Shown here: positions 27,000 to 36,931 of the stretch, in pieces
Numbering within the stretch: position 1 is the first letter of the stretch
Layout of the letters: every line of letters starts with the position of its first letter
Origin: an uncultured virus (IMG/VR IMGVR_UViG_3300027969_000081)
Lineage: Duplodnaviria > Heunggongvirae > Uroviricota > Caudoviricetes
Strand: one strand, 5' to 3'
DNA length: 64,000 bases
Virus record (IMG/VR): IMGVR_UViG_3300027969_000081
The notes under the pieces: model-generated
The model's input: the letters and a program-made list of their open reading frames with translations, nothing else
Databases searched by the model: none
What the model was told of the DNA's origin: nothing
Made by a program: the position numbers and the translations under genes

Positions 27000-27639
27000 T
27001 ATTCGTCGCAATAGTATATTTGATAAAACACTACCTACCAGTTCAATGGTAGTGGTGTGTGTGCCAACAAACGGACTAGTACACGCTCGGTTTACCTATT
27101 GCTTAACAGCACTAATGGATTATACACGTACTCAAGGAGTTCCAATTATTTTAGAAATGGATGAAGGTACAGTATTAAGCAATCAACGTCAAGTCTTACA
27201 GGACAGAGCTATTAAAGAGTACAATGCAAACCATATCATGTGGCTTGATAGTGACATGACATTCCCTCCACAAACTGTTATCAAACTATTATCTCATAAT
27301 AAACAAGCAGTTTGTGCCACTTACTCCAAACGAGTTCCGCCATTTCATTCAACTGCATTTGAAAGTATTGATCCAGTAGTTCCGGTTGATGTTTCCCCAG
27401 GCGGCCTAATCAGTACCAGGTACGCCGGGATGGGGTGTATGCTAATTAATTCAAATGTGGTATCTCAAATACCTCGCCCACACTTTCCATTGAAGTGGCA
27501 TGAGCAATCATCAACCTGGCACGGTGAAGATATGGGCTTTTGCGATTTACTGCAAAAGGCAAATATTAATTTGTATTGTGACTTGGATCTTAGTAAGAAG
27601 TTGGGTCATTTAGGTCTACAAGAACATCGATTGAATTAG
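26992..27639 (+). CDS. GT-A fold (family 2-like) glycosyltransferase
   Basis: VVCVP, WLDSD (DxD), GMGCMLI, GEDMGFC, LGH. Confidence 0.8.
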   Translation: MNNIRRNSIFDKTLPTSSMVVVCVPTNGLVHARFTYCLTALMDYTRTQGVPIILEMDEGTVLSNQRQVLQDRAIKEYNANHIMWLDSDMTFPPQTVIKLLSHNKQAVCATYSKRVPPFHSTAFESIDPVVPVDVSPGGLISTRYAGMGCMLINSNVVSQIPRPHFPLKWHEQSSTWHGEDMGFCDLLQKANINLYCDLDLSKKLGHLGLQEHRLN

Positions 27640-28021
27640 GTAAGCTTGTAAAGAATGCACACCATTTAGTAGTCTTCTTTAAATTGACACTTGCAGATAT
27701 TTGATATTGTGGAAATTCATTTGTAGTAAGTACACTACGCATCAAAGCACCATCAATGATGGTGCTTTTTACTAATTCTGTTTTTAACTTAGAATCATAT
27801 ATTATACTTTGTAGTAGCGGATGATGCCAGTTGCCTTTGTTAATAATACTACGAACTTCTAAGTACCAACGTTCAGTGAAACAAATTGATTCTTTATATA
27901 ATTTATTAAGCAACGGGTTATTCAACGGCGGGTGCCAACATGCTTGGAATGAAAGTTGATGATGCGGTCCCAAGTAACAGTTATATTCTAGATTACTTTG
28001 ATTTTTAATTACTCTTAACAT
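27590..28021 (-). CDS. Hypothetical protein
   Basis: 143-aa ORF coupled to the Nudix gene; overlaps the GT gene tail-to-tail. Confidence 0.6.
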   Translation of the reverse strand: MLRVIKNQSNLEYNCYLGPHHQLSFQACWHPPLNNPLLNKLYKESICFTERWYLEVRSIINKGNWHHPLLQSIIYDSKLKTELVKSTIIDGALMRSVLTTNEFPQYQISASVNLKKTTKWCAFFTSLPNSIDVLVDLNDPTSY

Positions 28022-28436
28022 TACCTAATAGACCCTCTAACGCCAAGCGAAATCCTTTACTTCCAAACATCTTAGCTGTATTTGTATGTAATGGTTGCGG
28101 CCAACATCCAATATCTACCCAACAATACCCTGCACTTTCGTTATCTAAGGTTGGAACAAATTCATCTTCGCATAAAATTAGATAGCTTACATGTCTAAAT
28201 CTTTTATCTCTGGTAATAAAAGTATAAACATGACTAATTGCAATAGTATTGGGTACGCCTGGATATCCTAATTCTTCACATAACTCACGCTGTAACCCAT
28301 TAAGATCACCTTCTTCGCGTTCTAGTTTTCCTCCCCAAGTTCCCCATGATAACCCATGTGTTTCCTCAGGACTACGTAACTGCATCATAGCCCTTCCAGT
28401 ACGTTTACTAACAATTAATGCGCCAACTGCTCTCAT
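28005..28436 (-). CDS. Nudix hydrolase
   Basis: WGGKLEREE....GLQRELCEELG Nudix box. Confidence 0.88.
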   Translation of the reverse strand: MRAVGALIVSKRTGRAMMQLRSPEETHGLSWGTWGGKLEREEGDLNGLQRELCEELGYPGVPNTIAISHVYTFITRDKRFRHVSYLILCEDEFVPTLDNESAGYCWVDIGCWPQPLHTNTAKMFGSKGFRLALEGLLGNVKSN

Positions 28437-28444
28437 ATATTAAT

Positions 28445-29803
28445 TTAGTTCACAATACGCCATGAACCTTGCTCATAAATGCCTTCAATTGCAAGTATCC
28501 AATCGTTGCCATTGAAAAATAATTTTTTCATGGTATTTGCATTGGTAGTATATGCAGTAGCATTTACTGATTGTGCATTAAAGCTAACAATCCAATTACT
28601 GCCATTATATTCAATAATATCATTTGCATAGGCAACAAGTGTGCCCCACAGTCCATTTTGTACAACTTCACTAGTGATCAAATATCGTTGACCCAGTGCC
28701 GCAGTTGGAATATTGCCAACTCCCGGTGCACCTCTACTTGGATCTATTATACCATTGATCATCTGAATTGTATCTGCTGGCAATGTTGAATTGTCAATTG
28801 AGTATTGGAGTACGTTTTCATTTCCAGTTACTTCGCTTACACGTAAAATAACTTCATGCGGGTCTAATAGATCGCCTAGTTTTAATCTAATCTCTGTAAT
28901 GCCATTGTTTAACCCACCGTAATGAGCCATATGCTTGATCCAGCTTAATGTGCCACCACCTTCAATACTACTGGCATCAACAGTTCCATTAGAACGATTT
29001 AATAACTGAATAAAATCAGAATTGACCTTTATATGCCTATCTTCAAATGTAATAAATTTTCTATTTTGATAATTACTACCAATAACAATGTCATCGATAA
29101 ATCCTACATCGCCATCATTACCGCTTAGACTATTAATGATTGTATGAATCAAGACTTGGCGTTTAACCTTTGCAGGCGGAGTTAAGAAAATTGGTAAAGA
29201 AAATATTAAACTAGACACATCAATGATATCATCTGTGCCTTGTGGAATACTACGTGCAGTCCATGTACTGTTTACCAGTTCAACAACTGCCAAACTGGTC
29301 CAGTCATAAGGATTTTGACTACTTTGCAAGTTAACACTTGGATTGAATAAAATTAAAATTTGTTCAAGTAATTGTAGCTTTTGCTCGGTATTACTGGTCC
29401 AAATATCTACGTTAATAGTAAGATCAAATGGAATTGGACTAGTTCTTTCCAGTGTATAAGTCTCCCCAACTGCATCCTGTCTGGTCCCAGCAGTTGGATC
29501 AAATGCTTTTTCGTAAATTTGTACACTGTCTTGAAAAGTTGGAGTCATTCTTCTATCTGAACTTGGCACAAGTTCTGCAATATAACAACTAATTGCAGGC
29601 ACACTTAAAATAGTATTTTCACTGTTCTGTCTTAGAATGTGTTGACTCATACGAGTAGTATCGCCATAACGAACAGGAACCTGATGATAGTGATCATTAC
29701 CTGCATTATCCTTGCCCATTTTAACACTAAATCCCCCAAACAAGCGCATGAACTGCAATAGCCATCGTCTTATTTGTTGGTCATAAAAATATTGTTGACT
29801 CAT
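28445..29803 (-). CDS. gp15: Tail sheath stabiliser/terminator, T4 gp15-like, with C-terminal extension
   Basis: YFYD.QIRR, VPVRYG, P.PFDL.INVDIW, LQLLEQIL.LFNP. Confidence 0.75.
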   Translation of the reverse strand: MSQQYFYDQQIRRWLLQFMRLFGGFSVKMGKDNAGNDHYHQVPVRYGDTTRMSQHILRQNSENTILSVPAISCYIAELVPSSDRRMTPTFQDSVQIYEKAFDPTAGTRQDAVGETYTLERTSPIPFDLTINVDIWTSNTEQKLQLLEQILILFNPSVNLQSSQNPYDWTSLAVVELVNSTWTARSIPQGTDDIIDVSSLIFSLPIFLTPPAKVKRQVLIHTIINSLSGNDGDVGFIDDIVIGSNYQNRKFITFEDRHIKVNSDFIQLLNRSNGTVDASSIEGGGTLSWIKHMAHYGGLNNGITEIRLKLGDLLDPHEVILRVSEVTGNENVLQYSIDNSTLPADTIQMINGIIDPSRGAPGVGNIPTAALGQRYLITSEVVQNGLWGTLVAYANDIIEYNGSNWIVSFNAQSVNATAYTTNANTMKKLFFNGNDWILAIEGIYEQGSWRIVN

Positions 29804-30906
29804 TAATTATCTGCCTTAGGTTTTGTAAACACTTTGCTCAATGGTTGTTGTTCAGGCATTGGCTTTGCATTGGGAGTTTGATTGTTTGATGATACAAAAA
29901 GTGTATTGTTAATAAATGAACCTGCATTAACTGTGGCTGTTTTCCAACCAAGCTCATTGACACTATCCATAATTCGTTGCCAACGTTTACCTCGATAAAC
30001 AAAAAGACGATTTGGTTGAAAATCCATTCTTAGGAAATAGTCACCAGGCTCTGGGCTTTGTGGAAAACTTAATCCACTTTGCACATTACTAACATCACCT
30101 TGTGACACTGCATGTTCGGTTGTATTAACAACAATATCAGAACTTCCACTTCCGTCAAACCCATTGATAGTTGGAGTAAATGATGTTGCATTTACTATTG
30201 GATTATTGTATCCAGCCGCAGGCGTAACAATTTCTGCACTGGCAAGAATGGCGTTAGAAATTTCCATTTCTTTATTATATGTGCTAAGTGCATTTTTTAA
30301 ACTATCTTCATCTTCGGGGTTACCAAGTAATCCTCGATATTCTTGTGCGTCGTTGATAGGGCTTACTTTTACACGCCATAAATGTGGCCACCATGTTGGA
30401 CCAAAACCCTCTGCGGCCCTTGACGCATCTTGTACTGCATAAAATTTATTAATGCTTTTTGCGGTAGCATCAAGTAATAAATCATCATTCAAATGCGGCA
30501 ACTCAATTACATCACCGGGCATAAGTTTACGGCCAATGTGATTAACCATATTGTTGGTATGAAATGTAATAAACAGTGTGTCTGCATTTAAAAATAAACC
30601 AAATTGACTTAGATCAAAGTCTTGGTCAGTTACATTATATGTGCCTCGTAGTTCGTAAATATCAGTGTCATATACGCGGTCACGATTTTCCATAAACAAG
30701 ATATCTTGAATGTCTAATTCAGTAATTTGGTCCTTTGCACCTAAATTGGGCTTTGCAGGATCACTTCCATCCTCAACTGCGGCTGGGCCAAGATATTTGT
30801 GGACCAACATGGTAGTACCGCCAGCGTCAATTGCTTCGCGAATGATTCGGTCCTGAAAATGGTAATCCTTAGTCTTTGCGTTTTTCCAAAGTGATATTTT
30901 TGGCAT
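29803..30906 (-). CDS. gp14: Neck protein, T4 gp14-like
   Basis: LSQFGLF...D.LFITF, GDVIELP; adjacent to gp15-like gene. Confidence 0.7.
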   Translation of the reverse strand: MPKISLWKNAKTKDYHFQDRIIREAIDAGGTTMLVHKYLGPAAVEDGSDPAKPNLGAKDQITELDIQDILFMENRDRVYDTDIYELRGTYNVTDQDFDLSQFGLFLNADTLFITFHTNNMVNHIGRKLMPGDVIELPHLNDDLLLDATAKSINKFYAVQDASRAAEGFGPTWWPHLWRVKVSPINDAQEYRGLLGNPEDEDSLKNALSTYNKEMEISNAILASAEIVTPAAGYNNPIVNATSFTPTINGFDGSGSSDIVVNTTEHAVSQGDVSNVQSGLSFPQSPEPGDYFLRMDFQPNRLFVYRGKRWQRIMDSVNELGWKTATVNAGSFINNTLFVSSNNQTPNAKPMPEQQPLSKVFTKPKADN

Positions 30907-30935
30907 AATTGTTAACTGGTCCTTGTTTACTAGCT

Positions 30936-30974
30936 TATTTACCGCTTGACAGGTTCTAAGAGATAAGTTATAAT
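30936..30974. promoter_or_regulatory. Back-to-back promoters: - strand late TAAATA (30936-30941) and + strand sigma70 promoter
   Basis: TTGACA (30946-30951)-17 bp-TATAAT (30969-30974), perfect consensus. Confidence 0.8.
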
Positions 30975-31005
30975 GTCCATGTTAGGTAAACTTTTAGGAG
31001 CAAAA

Positions 31006-32250
31006 ATGGCAACAGGAACAGCAACAAAATCACGTGCGATAAAAGCGCCAGCAAAACGCAAGCCAGTGCCGCGAGCCAGGGCCGTTCGTCAACCAGCAAA
31101 ATTTGATGCGTCTGGTCAAATCAAACTAACACCAATTGCGGCTTCTGATACCAAACACTTAGGATTTGAGCCAACTTGGGAAAACATTGCAGACCTCAGT
31201 GAGGAAGCTCGTAAAATAGCTAAGATTCGTGCATTTAATTGGTACAATTATAATTGTGATAGCAAACAATCACGTAGTTTCTTAGAATTGTACTTTAGTA
31301 CAAAAGAAGAATTTGCACATCTTCCGGCGAAATTTAAGCCTCTGTCTGACACTGCATTTAGTAGTACAGCTGGATGGCTGTCTCGAATGATTATGTCAGG
31401 CTTCACTACAACTGATTCCGAAGATGCATTTATCTTTAAGACAATTGATGCACTTGAAGCTCGGCTATCAAAAATTGAAGTTCCAAAAGAAACAGCGCCT
31501 ACGCCAAAAAAAGAAACAATACAAGATCGTTTGGCTGAAAAGTTTAGCGAAGCAATGGGCGAAATTGAAGGGGCAATAGATGAGTTTGTATTAAACAAGA
31601 CCGAATTTTCCACTTACCGATTCTTACAAGAGCAAAATATTGCAGTACAGTACATAAGCAAGATTCCTGAACTTATTAAGCCACGTATTGATGAACTAAA
31701 CGAACTGCTAGAAGGCAAAGATGCCCAGCTTCTTGAGGGTTATAGACTCTACAGCAAGCGCGACATTAAGGCTCATATTAAATTTTACGAGTCAATTATC
31801 AACGATGCAATGGCTTATAAGACCAGTAAGATTGCCACTCGTGCCAAGCCAAAACGCAAACCAGTGCCACCTGAGCGTCAAGTTAGAGGCCTTAAATATC
31901 TTAAAGAGTTTGCAGAACTTGGGCTTAAAAGCATTAACCCGACTGAGATTTTAGGCATGAGCGAGCTATGGACCTACAACACAAAAACTCGCAAACTAGG
32001 ACGGTTCGTAGTGTCAATGCATGGCGAAATGACAATCAGTTTGCTTGGTGTTAAGGGTAGTGCAATTACCGGATTTGACGAGCTTAAGAGTACTTGCAAA
32101 ACACTTCGTAAGCCGTCGGAAAAGCTTGCAGAATTCAAGACTCAAGGCAAACCAGGATTGCGTAAATTCATGGACACTATTAAATCGGTTGAAACCAAGC
32201 TTAAAGGACGCATTTCTCCTGAGACAATACTGCTTCGGGCAATCAAATAA
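31006..32250 (+). CDS. Hypothetical basic protein, early-type expression
   Basis: Long ORF with SD AGGAG; Lys/Arg-rich ends; C-terminal KTLRKP...GRI motif. Confidence 0.7.
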   Translation: MATGTATKSRAIKAPAKRKPVPRARAVRQPAKFDASGQIKLTPIAASDTKHLGFEPTWENIADLSEEARKIAKIRAFNWYNYNCDSKQSRSFLELYFSTKEEFAHLPAKFKPLSDTAFSSTAGWLSRMIMSGFTTTDSEDAFIFKTIDALEARLSKIEVPKETAPTPKKETIQDRLAEKFSEAMGEIEGAIDEFVLNKTEFSTYRFLQEQNIAVQYISKIPELIKPRIDELNELLEGKDAQLLEGYRLYSKRDIKAHIKFYESIINDAMAYKTSKIATRAKPKRKPVPPERQVRGLKYLKEFAELGLKSINPTEILGMSELWTYNTKTRKLGRFVVSMHGEMTISLLGVKGSAITGFDELKSTCKTLRKPSEKLAEFKTQGKPGLRKFMDTIKSVETKLKGRISPETILLRAIK

Positions 32251-32256
32251 ACTTTG

Positions 32257-32299
32257 CATAGGTATCTCCATTAGATAAATAATACAGGAGATACCTATG
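32257..32299 (+). promoter_or_regulatory. RBS/ATG-sequestering hairpin with late promoter in the loop
   Basis: CATAGGTATCTCC (32257-32269) pairs with GGAGATACCTATG (32287-32299); TAAATA at 32276-32281. Confidence 0.85.
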
Positions 32300-33046
32300 G
32301 CAGACCTTACTACACAACGTTCTAAAGCAATCAAGTACATCGAGTTACAACTTGGTGGAGGCATGGTTGATGTTGAATTAGACAGAGAACACTACGACAT
32401 GGCAATTGATAAAGCCATTGCAAAATTTCGTCAACGTTCAAGTAGAGCGTTCGAAGAAAGTTTTATGGTATTAAATTTAACAGTTGGTGAGAGTGTGTAT
32501 ATATTACCACAGGAAGTCATTGATGTTAAGGTAATTTATCGACAAAGTGCAGGTGGTGTTAGTACAACAGCCACAAACTTTGAACCGTTTGAAGCCGGTT
32601 ACTTAAACATGTACATGTTAAACGCCGCACGTGGGCAGGGTCTAGCTACATTTGAAATGTGGATGGGACAACGAGAATTACTTGGTAAAATGTTTGGAGC
32701 CTATGTAACTTTCCAATGGTCAAACACCAGCAAGCGACTGCACATTGATCGATATGTAAAAGCTGGCGAACCAGTAATTCTTCATACCTATAACTATCGT
32801 CCAGATGAGGATCTGTTGTCAGATATAAGTGCTGGGATTTGGTTAAAAGATTATGCACTTGCTAACTCTAAGTTAATGCTAGGCCAGGCCAGAAGTAAGT
32901 TTGCTTCTTTAGCAGGCCCCCAGGGAGGAGTTACCTTAAACGGTGCCGAACTAATTAACCAGGCAACAGCAGAGATTGAGCGACTTGAAGAAGAATTAAA
33001 AACTTATGTTGATGGTGGTACGCCACTTGGTTTTATTATTGGTTAA
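32297..33046 (+). CDS. gp13: Neck protein, T4 gp13-like
   Basis: LG..MVDVEL, WLKDYALA..K..LG..RSKF....GPQGGVTLNG. Confidence 0.85.
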   Translation: MADLTTQRSKAIKYIELQLGGGMVDVELDREHYDMAIDKAIAKFRQRSSRAFEESFMVLNLTVGESVYILPQEVIDVKVIYRQSAGGVSTTATNFEPFEAGYLNMYMLNAARGQGLATFEMWMGQRELLGKMFGAYVTFQWSNTSKRLHIDRYVKAGEPVILHTYNYRPDEDLLSDISAGIWLKDYALANSKLMLGQARSKFASLAGPQGGVTLNGAELINQATAEIERLEEELKTYVDGGTPLGFIIG

Positions 33047-33054
33047 ATTTCTTC

Positions 33055-33083
33055 TTGCTTTTTCTGTCATATTTTGTTAATAT
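33055..33083 (+). promoter_or_regulatory. sigma70-like promoter, leaderless for dNMP kinase
   Basis: TTGCTT-17-TAATAT with TG extension, ATG 6 nt downstream. Confidence 0.55.
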
Positions 33084-33089
33084 CAACTT

Positions 33090-33713
33090 ATGAACACACA
33101 AATTATTGGCGTATGCGGTTTTATTGGTAGCGGCAAAGACACTGTCGCAGATTACCTGGTCAACTTTCACGAATTTCGACGAGATTCGTTTGCGGCAACT
33201 CTTAAAGATGCTGTATCCTCAGTATTCAATTGGGATCGGGAACTCTTAGAAGGCCGCACAAAACAAGCCCGTGAATGGCGCGAACAAGTAGATTCTTGGT
33301 GGGCCGAGCGGTTGAATATGCCCAATTTAACACCTCGACTAATTTTACAATTATGGGGTACAGAAGTTTGCCGTCGCGGATTTCATGATGATATTTGGAT
33401 TGCCAGCGTAGAAAATAAAATTAGAAATTCTAAAGATAATATTGTAATCAGTGATTGCCGTTTTCCAAACGAAATTAAATCTATTAAAAATGCAGGCGGG
33501 AAAGTAATATGGGTACAACGAGGTGTATTGCCGCATTGGTATGATATTGCTTGTCAGGCAAACAAAGGATTACCAAGCGCGGCAACCTGGCTTAAAAACG
33601 AAGGAATCCATGCAAGTGAAACTGCCTGGGCCGGTACCGATTTTGATGTTGTTATTAACAATAATGGGACAATTGAAGAACTATACAATCAACTTAAAAC
33701 GATTGTCCTGTAA
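33090..33713 (+). CDS. Deoxynucleoside monophosphate kinase, T4 gp1-like
   Basis: GFIGSGKDT, TPR.ILQ.WGTE, ISDCRFPNE, HASE. Confidence 0.92.
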   Translation: MNTQIIGVCGFIGSGKDTVADYLVNFHEFRRDSFAATLKDAVSSVFNWDRELLEGRTKQAREWREQVDSWWAERLNMPNLTPRLILQLWGTEVCRRGFHDDIWIASVENKIRNSKDNIVISDCRFPNEIKSIKNAGGKVIWVQRGVLPHWYDIACQANKGLPSAATWLKNEGIHASETAWAGTDFDVVINNNGTIEELYNQLKTIVL

Positions 33714-33818
33714 AATTAAAATAATAAGTTTCCGCTAAATAGGTTCAAAAAAATAATTTAAGCTAAATATTTCTGTTATAGGGAATGAACACTCCCTTTA
33801 GTTTACGGAGATATTATA

Positions 33819-36197
33819 ATGGCTCAGCTAGTTTCCCCAGGCGTAAGCGTATCAATTATTGATGAAAGCGCATACGCATCTGCAGGTAACGGTACTGTAC
33901 CTGTTATTGTTTTAGCTTCTCGCTCAAACAAGAAAGCGCCGGACGGAACAGCCGCGCTATACACTACAGCACCTTACGCCACGCGACCACTAATCGTTAC
34001 AAGTCAACGAGAGTTGGTACAATTATATGGCGAACCAAAATTCACTATTGTTGACGGTACACCAGTACACGGGCATGAATTAAACGAATACGGCTTATTG
34101 GCCGCGTATTACTATTTAGGTGTTGCTAATCGTGCAATTTTAGTACGTGCAGACTTAGATTTAGCTCAATTAGAGCCACAAGCAACAGAACCAGTGGGCC
34201 CAGCAACCAATGGACAATATTGGTTAGATACAAATGATAGCGTATGGGGGCTTTTTGAAGCCGACGGTACTAAATGGAATGCAGTATCAGTGACACCATT
34301 TGATGGTGTGCCAGGCGCCGGCGTAGGAGCCAATGGGGACTATGCAGTTGACGCAAGTTCATCAGTTAAGAAATTCTATAAGAAAGTTGCAGGTGTGTGG
34401 TTACCAGTAACTTCATCGGCACTTAGTAAAACAGTTACAGTTGCACCTCACTATAATGTGCCTACTCCAACATCTGGTACAGTTTGGTTTAAAACTACAA
34501 GTCCAAATGCTGGTTTTAGTCTAAAGCTAAAAAAGTACAATAGTAAGACACAAAGCTGGTCATTACAAACTGTTGGCGCAGGTAAGAAGCATGGCAATGT
34601 TGTTTATGTAGATAATGCAACAGCAATAGCTGATTTTGGTTCCGAGTTAACAACCAATGATGTTTACATTAAAGTCAGTGACAACACTAAAGCTGAATTC
34701 CAAGTTATGCGTTGGGACGGTGCCCAGTGGTCTGCAATAACTCCAAGTGCCAGCAATGACGCACCTACAGGTGCAACACCAAATGGTACATTATGGTATG
34801 ATGCTGGTAACATGGTTGACATTTATATTAAAGACACTGTTGGGCCTAATGCAATTTGGCAACCTGTTGAAAATGTAACAGTAAACACAGAAGAGCCAAG
34901 CGGACCAAGCAATGGCGATGTATGGGTTGATACCAACGACATGGTAAACTATCCACTGATTAAAGTATACGACGGCAGTGATTGGATTGCACGTGATAAT
35001 GCAGACCAAACTACACAAACTGGTGCATTATTTGCTGATCTAACTGCAACTCCTGGTGATACAAGCGGAACAGGTGGCGGCGCAACAGCAATGGACAGTG
35101 AAGCCCCTAATCCAGCTTTTTATCCAGAAGGAATGATTTTATGGAATTCAGCAGTAAGTTCTGGAAACGTTAAAATGTATAACGCTACAGCAGGACACTG
35201 GCAAACTGAATCAGGTAACATTGATAGTGGACCAAAAGCAGGCGCTCCATACATGTTTGACAAAGCACAACGTCGTGTTGTTGTTAAGCGTTTACAGGCT
35301 GCATTATCAAGTAACGAAGATTTACGTGCAGAAACATTGACATTTAATATTATTTCTACACCAGGCTACGTCGAATGTATTGATGAGATGGTTACATTAA
35401 ACTCAGACCGTAAAGATACCGCATTTGTGATTGCTGACACTCCAATGAAGTTATCAGACAAAACTACTGATGTTGTAAATTGGGCACTGGGCGCAGATGC
35501 TGGCACAAACGGTGCCGATGGTCTAGTAACACGCTCTGGTAGTGCCGCAATTTATTACCCAAGTGGTTTATCAACTGACTTGAGTGGAAACGATGTAGCA
35601 GTACCAGCAAGTCACTCAGTTCTACGTGGCATTGCATACAATGACCAAATTGCTTATCCATGGTTTGCCCCAGCTGGTTTAACTCGTGGTGCATTAAGCG
35701 GTATTAGTAATCTTGGTGTTGTAACTAGCGAAAATGAATTTAAATCATTGGCATTGAATCAAGGTCAACGTGATGCTTTATATTTGAAGAACATTAATCC
35801 ACTAGTAAACTTCCCAGGACAAGGTTTGTATATTTGGGGTCAGAAGACATTATATCCATATGATTCTGCACTAGATCGAGTTAACGTTGGTCGTTTATTG
35901 GCTTACTTGCGTGAACGTTTTGATGTAATTGCTCGTCCGTTTATCTTTGAACCAAATGATCAAAAGACACGTGATCGTGTTTTAGCAGTGTTCAATAACT
36001 TCTTAGCTGACATGTATTCAAAACGTGCAGTATACGACTTCTTGGTTGTATGCGACAAGTCAAATAATACACCAGCACGTATTGATAAAAATGAATTGTA
36101 TATTGACGTGGCAATTGAGCCAGTTAAGGCAGCAGAATTCGTTTACATTCCAATCCGAGTTGTTAATACTGGCGCAATTGCCAACAACACTAAATAA
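33819..36197 (+). CDS. gp18: Contractile tail sheath protein, gp18-like
   Basis: LVSPGV..S.IDES, WFAPAG..RG, RD.LY...INP, WGQKTL, FEPND, IDKNEL. Confidence 0.95.
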   Translation: MAQLVSPGVSVSIIDESAYASAGNGTVPVIVLASRSNKKAPDGTAALYTTAPYATRPLIVTSQRELVQLYGEPKFTIVDGTPVHGHELNEYGLLAAYYYLGVANRAILVRADLDLAQLEPQATEPVGPATNGQYWLDTNDSVWGLFEADGTKWNAVSVTPFDGVPGAGVGANGDYAVDASSSVKKFYKKVAGVWLPVTSSALSKTVTVAPHYNVPTPTSGTVWFKTTSPNAGFSLKLKKYNSKTQSWSLQTVGAGKKHGNVVYVDNATAIADFGSELTTNDVYIKVSDNTKAEFQVMRWDGAQWSAITPSASNDAPTGATPNGTLWYDAGNMVDIYIKDTVGPNAIWQPVENVTVNTEEPSGPSNGDVWVDTNDMVNYPLIKVYDGSDWIARDNADQTTQTGALFADLTATPGDTSGTGGGATAMDSEAPNPAFYPEGMILWNSAVSSGNVKMYNATAGHWQTESGNIDSGPKAGAPYMFDKAQRRVVVKRLQAALSSNEDLRAETLTFNIISTPGYVECIDEMVTLNSDRKDTAFVIADTPMKLSDKTTDVVNWALGADAGTNGADGLVTRSGSAAIYYPSGLSTDLSGNDVAVPASHSVLRGIAYNDQIAYPWFAPAGLTRGALSGISNLGVVTSENEFKSLALNQGQRDALYLKNINPLVNFPGQGLYIWGQKTLYPYDSALDRVNVGRLLAYLRERFDVIARPFIFEPNDQKTRDRVLAVFNNFLADMYSKRAVYDFLVVCDKSNNTPARIDKNELYIDVAIEPVKAAEFVYIPIRVVNTGAIANNTK

Positions 36198-36214
36198 GGG
36201 TAAGGAGAAATAAA

Positions 36215-36832
36215 ATGGCAGTCAATTTAGACAAATTTAATGTACCAAACCCAGATGGTGGCTTTGGTGTTTTGGTTCAGCCAAAACTAAGCTATCGTTT
36301 CCGTGTTAGAATGGCTGACTTTGGTGACGGCGATACTATTGAACTAACAAGTCAAGTTGTTAGTGTTACTCGTCCAAGTTTAACACATGATGATATCACT
36401 CTTGATGTTTATAACTCAAGAATTTATCTAGCAGGTAAACATACTTGGGACCCAATTACCATTACAGTACGTGATGATATTACAAGCAGAGTAGCTAGAT
36501 CAATTGCGGCTCAGTTACAACGCCAAGTCGATCATGCTGATCAAGCATCGGCAAATTCAGGAAGTGGATATAAGTTTGCAATGTCGATTGAAAACTTAGA
36601 CGGCGGCAATAGTAATCCAACAGTGTTGGATTCGTGGCAATTGGCTGGTTGTTATATCCAAAATGTAAACTACGGTGAAAACAACTATTCAACCAGTGAT
36701 GCATTGACAATCACTATTGCTATCAAGTATGATAATGCTAACCACATGATTGACGGTACGGCTGCATTAGAAGGCGGCCTAGGCGGCAATGGTGATTCAC
36801 CAAGTTCAGGCGGTACAGCACCAGAAGCTTAA
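36215..36832 (+). CDS. gp19: Tail tube protein, gp19-like
   Basis: Follows sheath; YLAGKHTW.PITITVRDD, W.L.GC, I.YDNA. Confidence 0.88.
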   Translation: MAVNLDKFNVPNPDGGFGVLVQPKLSYRFRVRMADFGDGDTIELTSQVVSVTRPSLTHDDITLDVYNSRIYLAGKHTWDPITITVRDDITSRVARSIAAQLQRQVDHADQASANSGSGYKFAMSIENLDGGNSNPTVLDSWQLAGCYIQNVNYGENNYSTSDALTITIAIKYDNANHMIDGTAALEGGLGGNGDSPSSGGTAPEA

Positions 36833-36896
36833 TATACAGCTTTAATTTAAAGTGATAAGTAAGTGCAAGCAGAGATGCTTGCCCTAACATAGAAGA

Positions 36897-36920
36897 TAAA
36901 GGGCGAGAAATCGCCCTTTA
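36897..36920 (+). terminator. Hairpin/terminator between tube genes
   Basis: TAAAGGGCGA-GAAA-TCGCCCTTTA. Confidence 0.65.
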
Positions 36921-36931
36921 TTATTGGACAC

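Noticed and set aside
27590..27639. 50-bp tail-to-tail overlap as a regulatory antisense system
   Set aside because: Short convergent overlaps are common in compact phage genomes; nothing else supports a function
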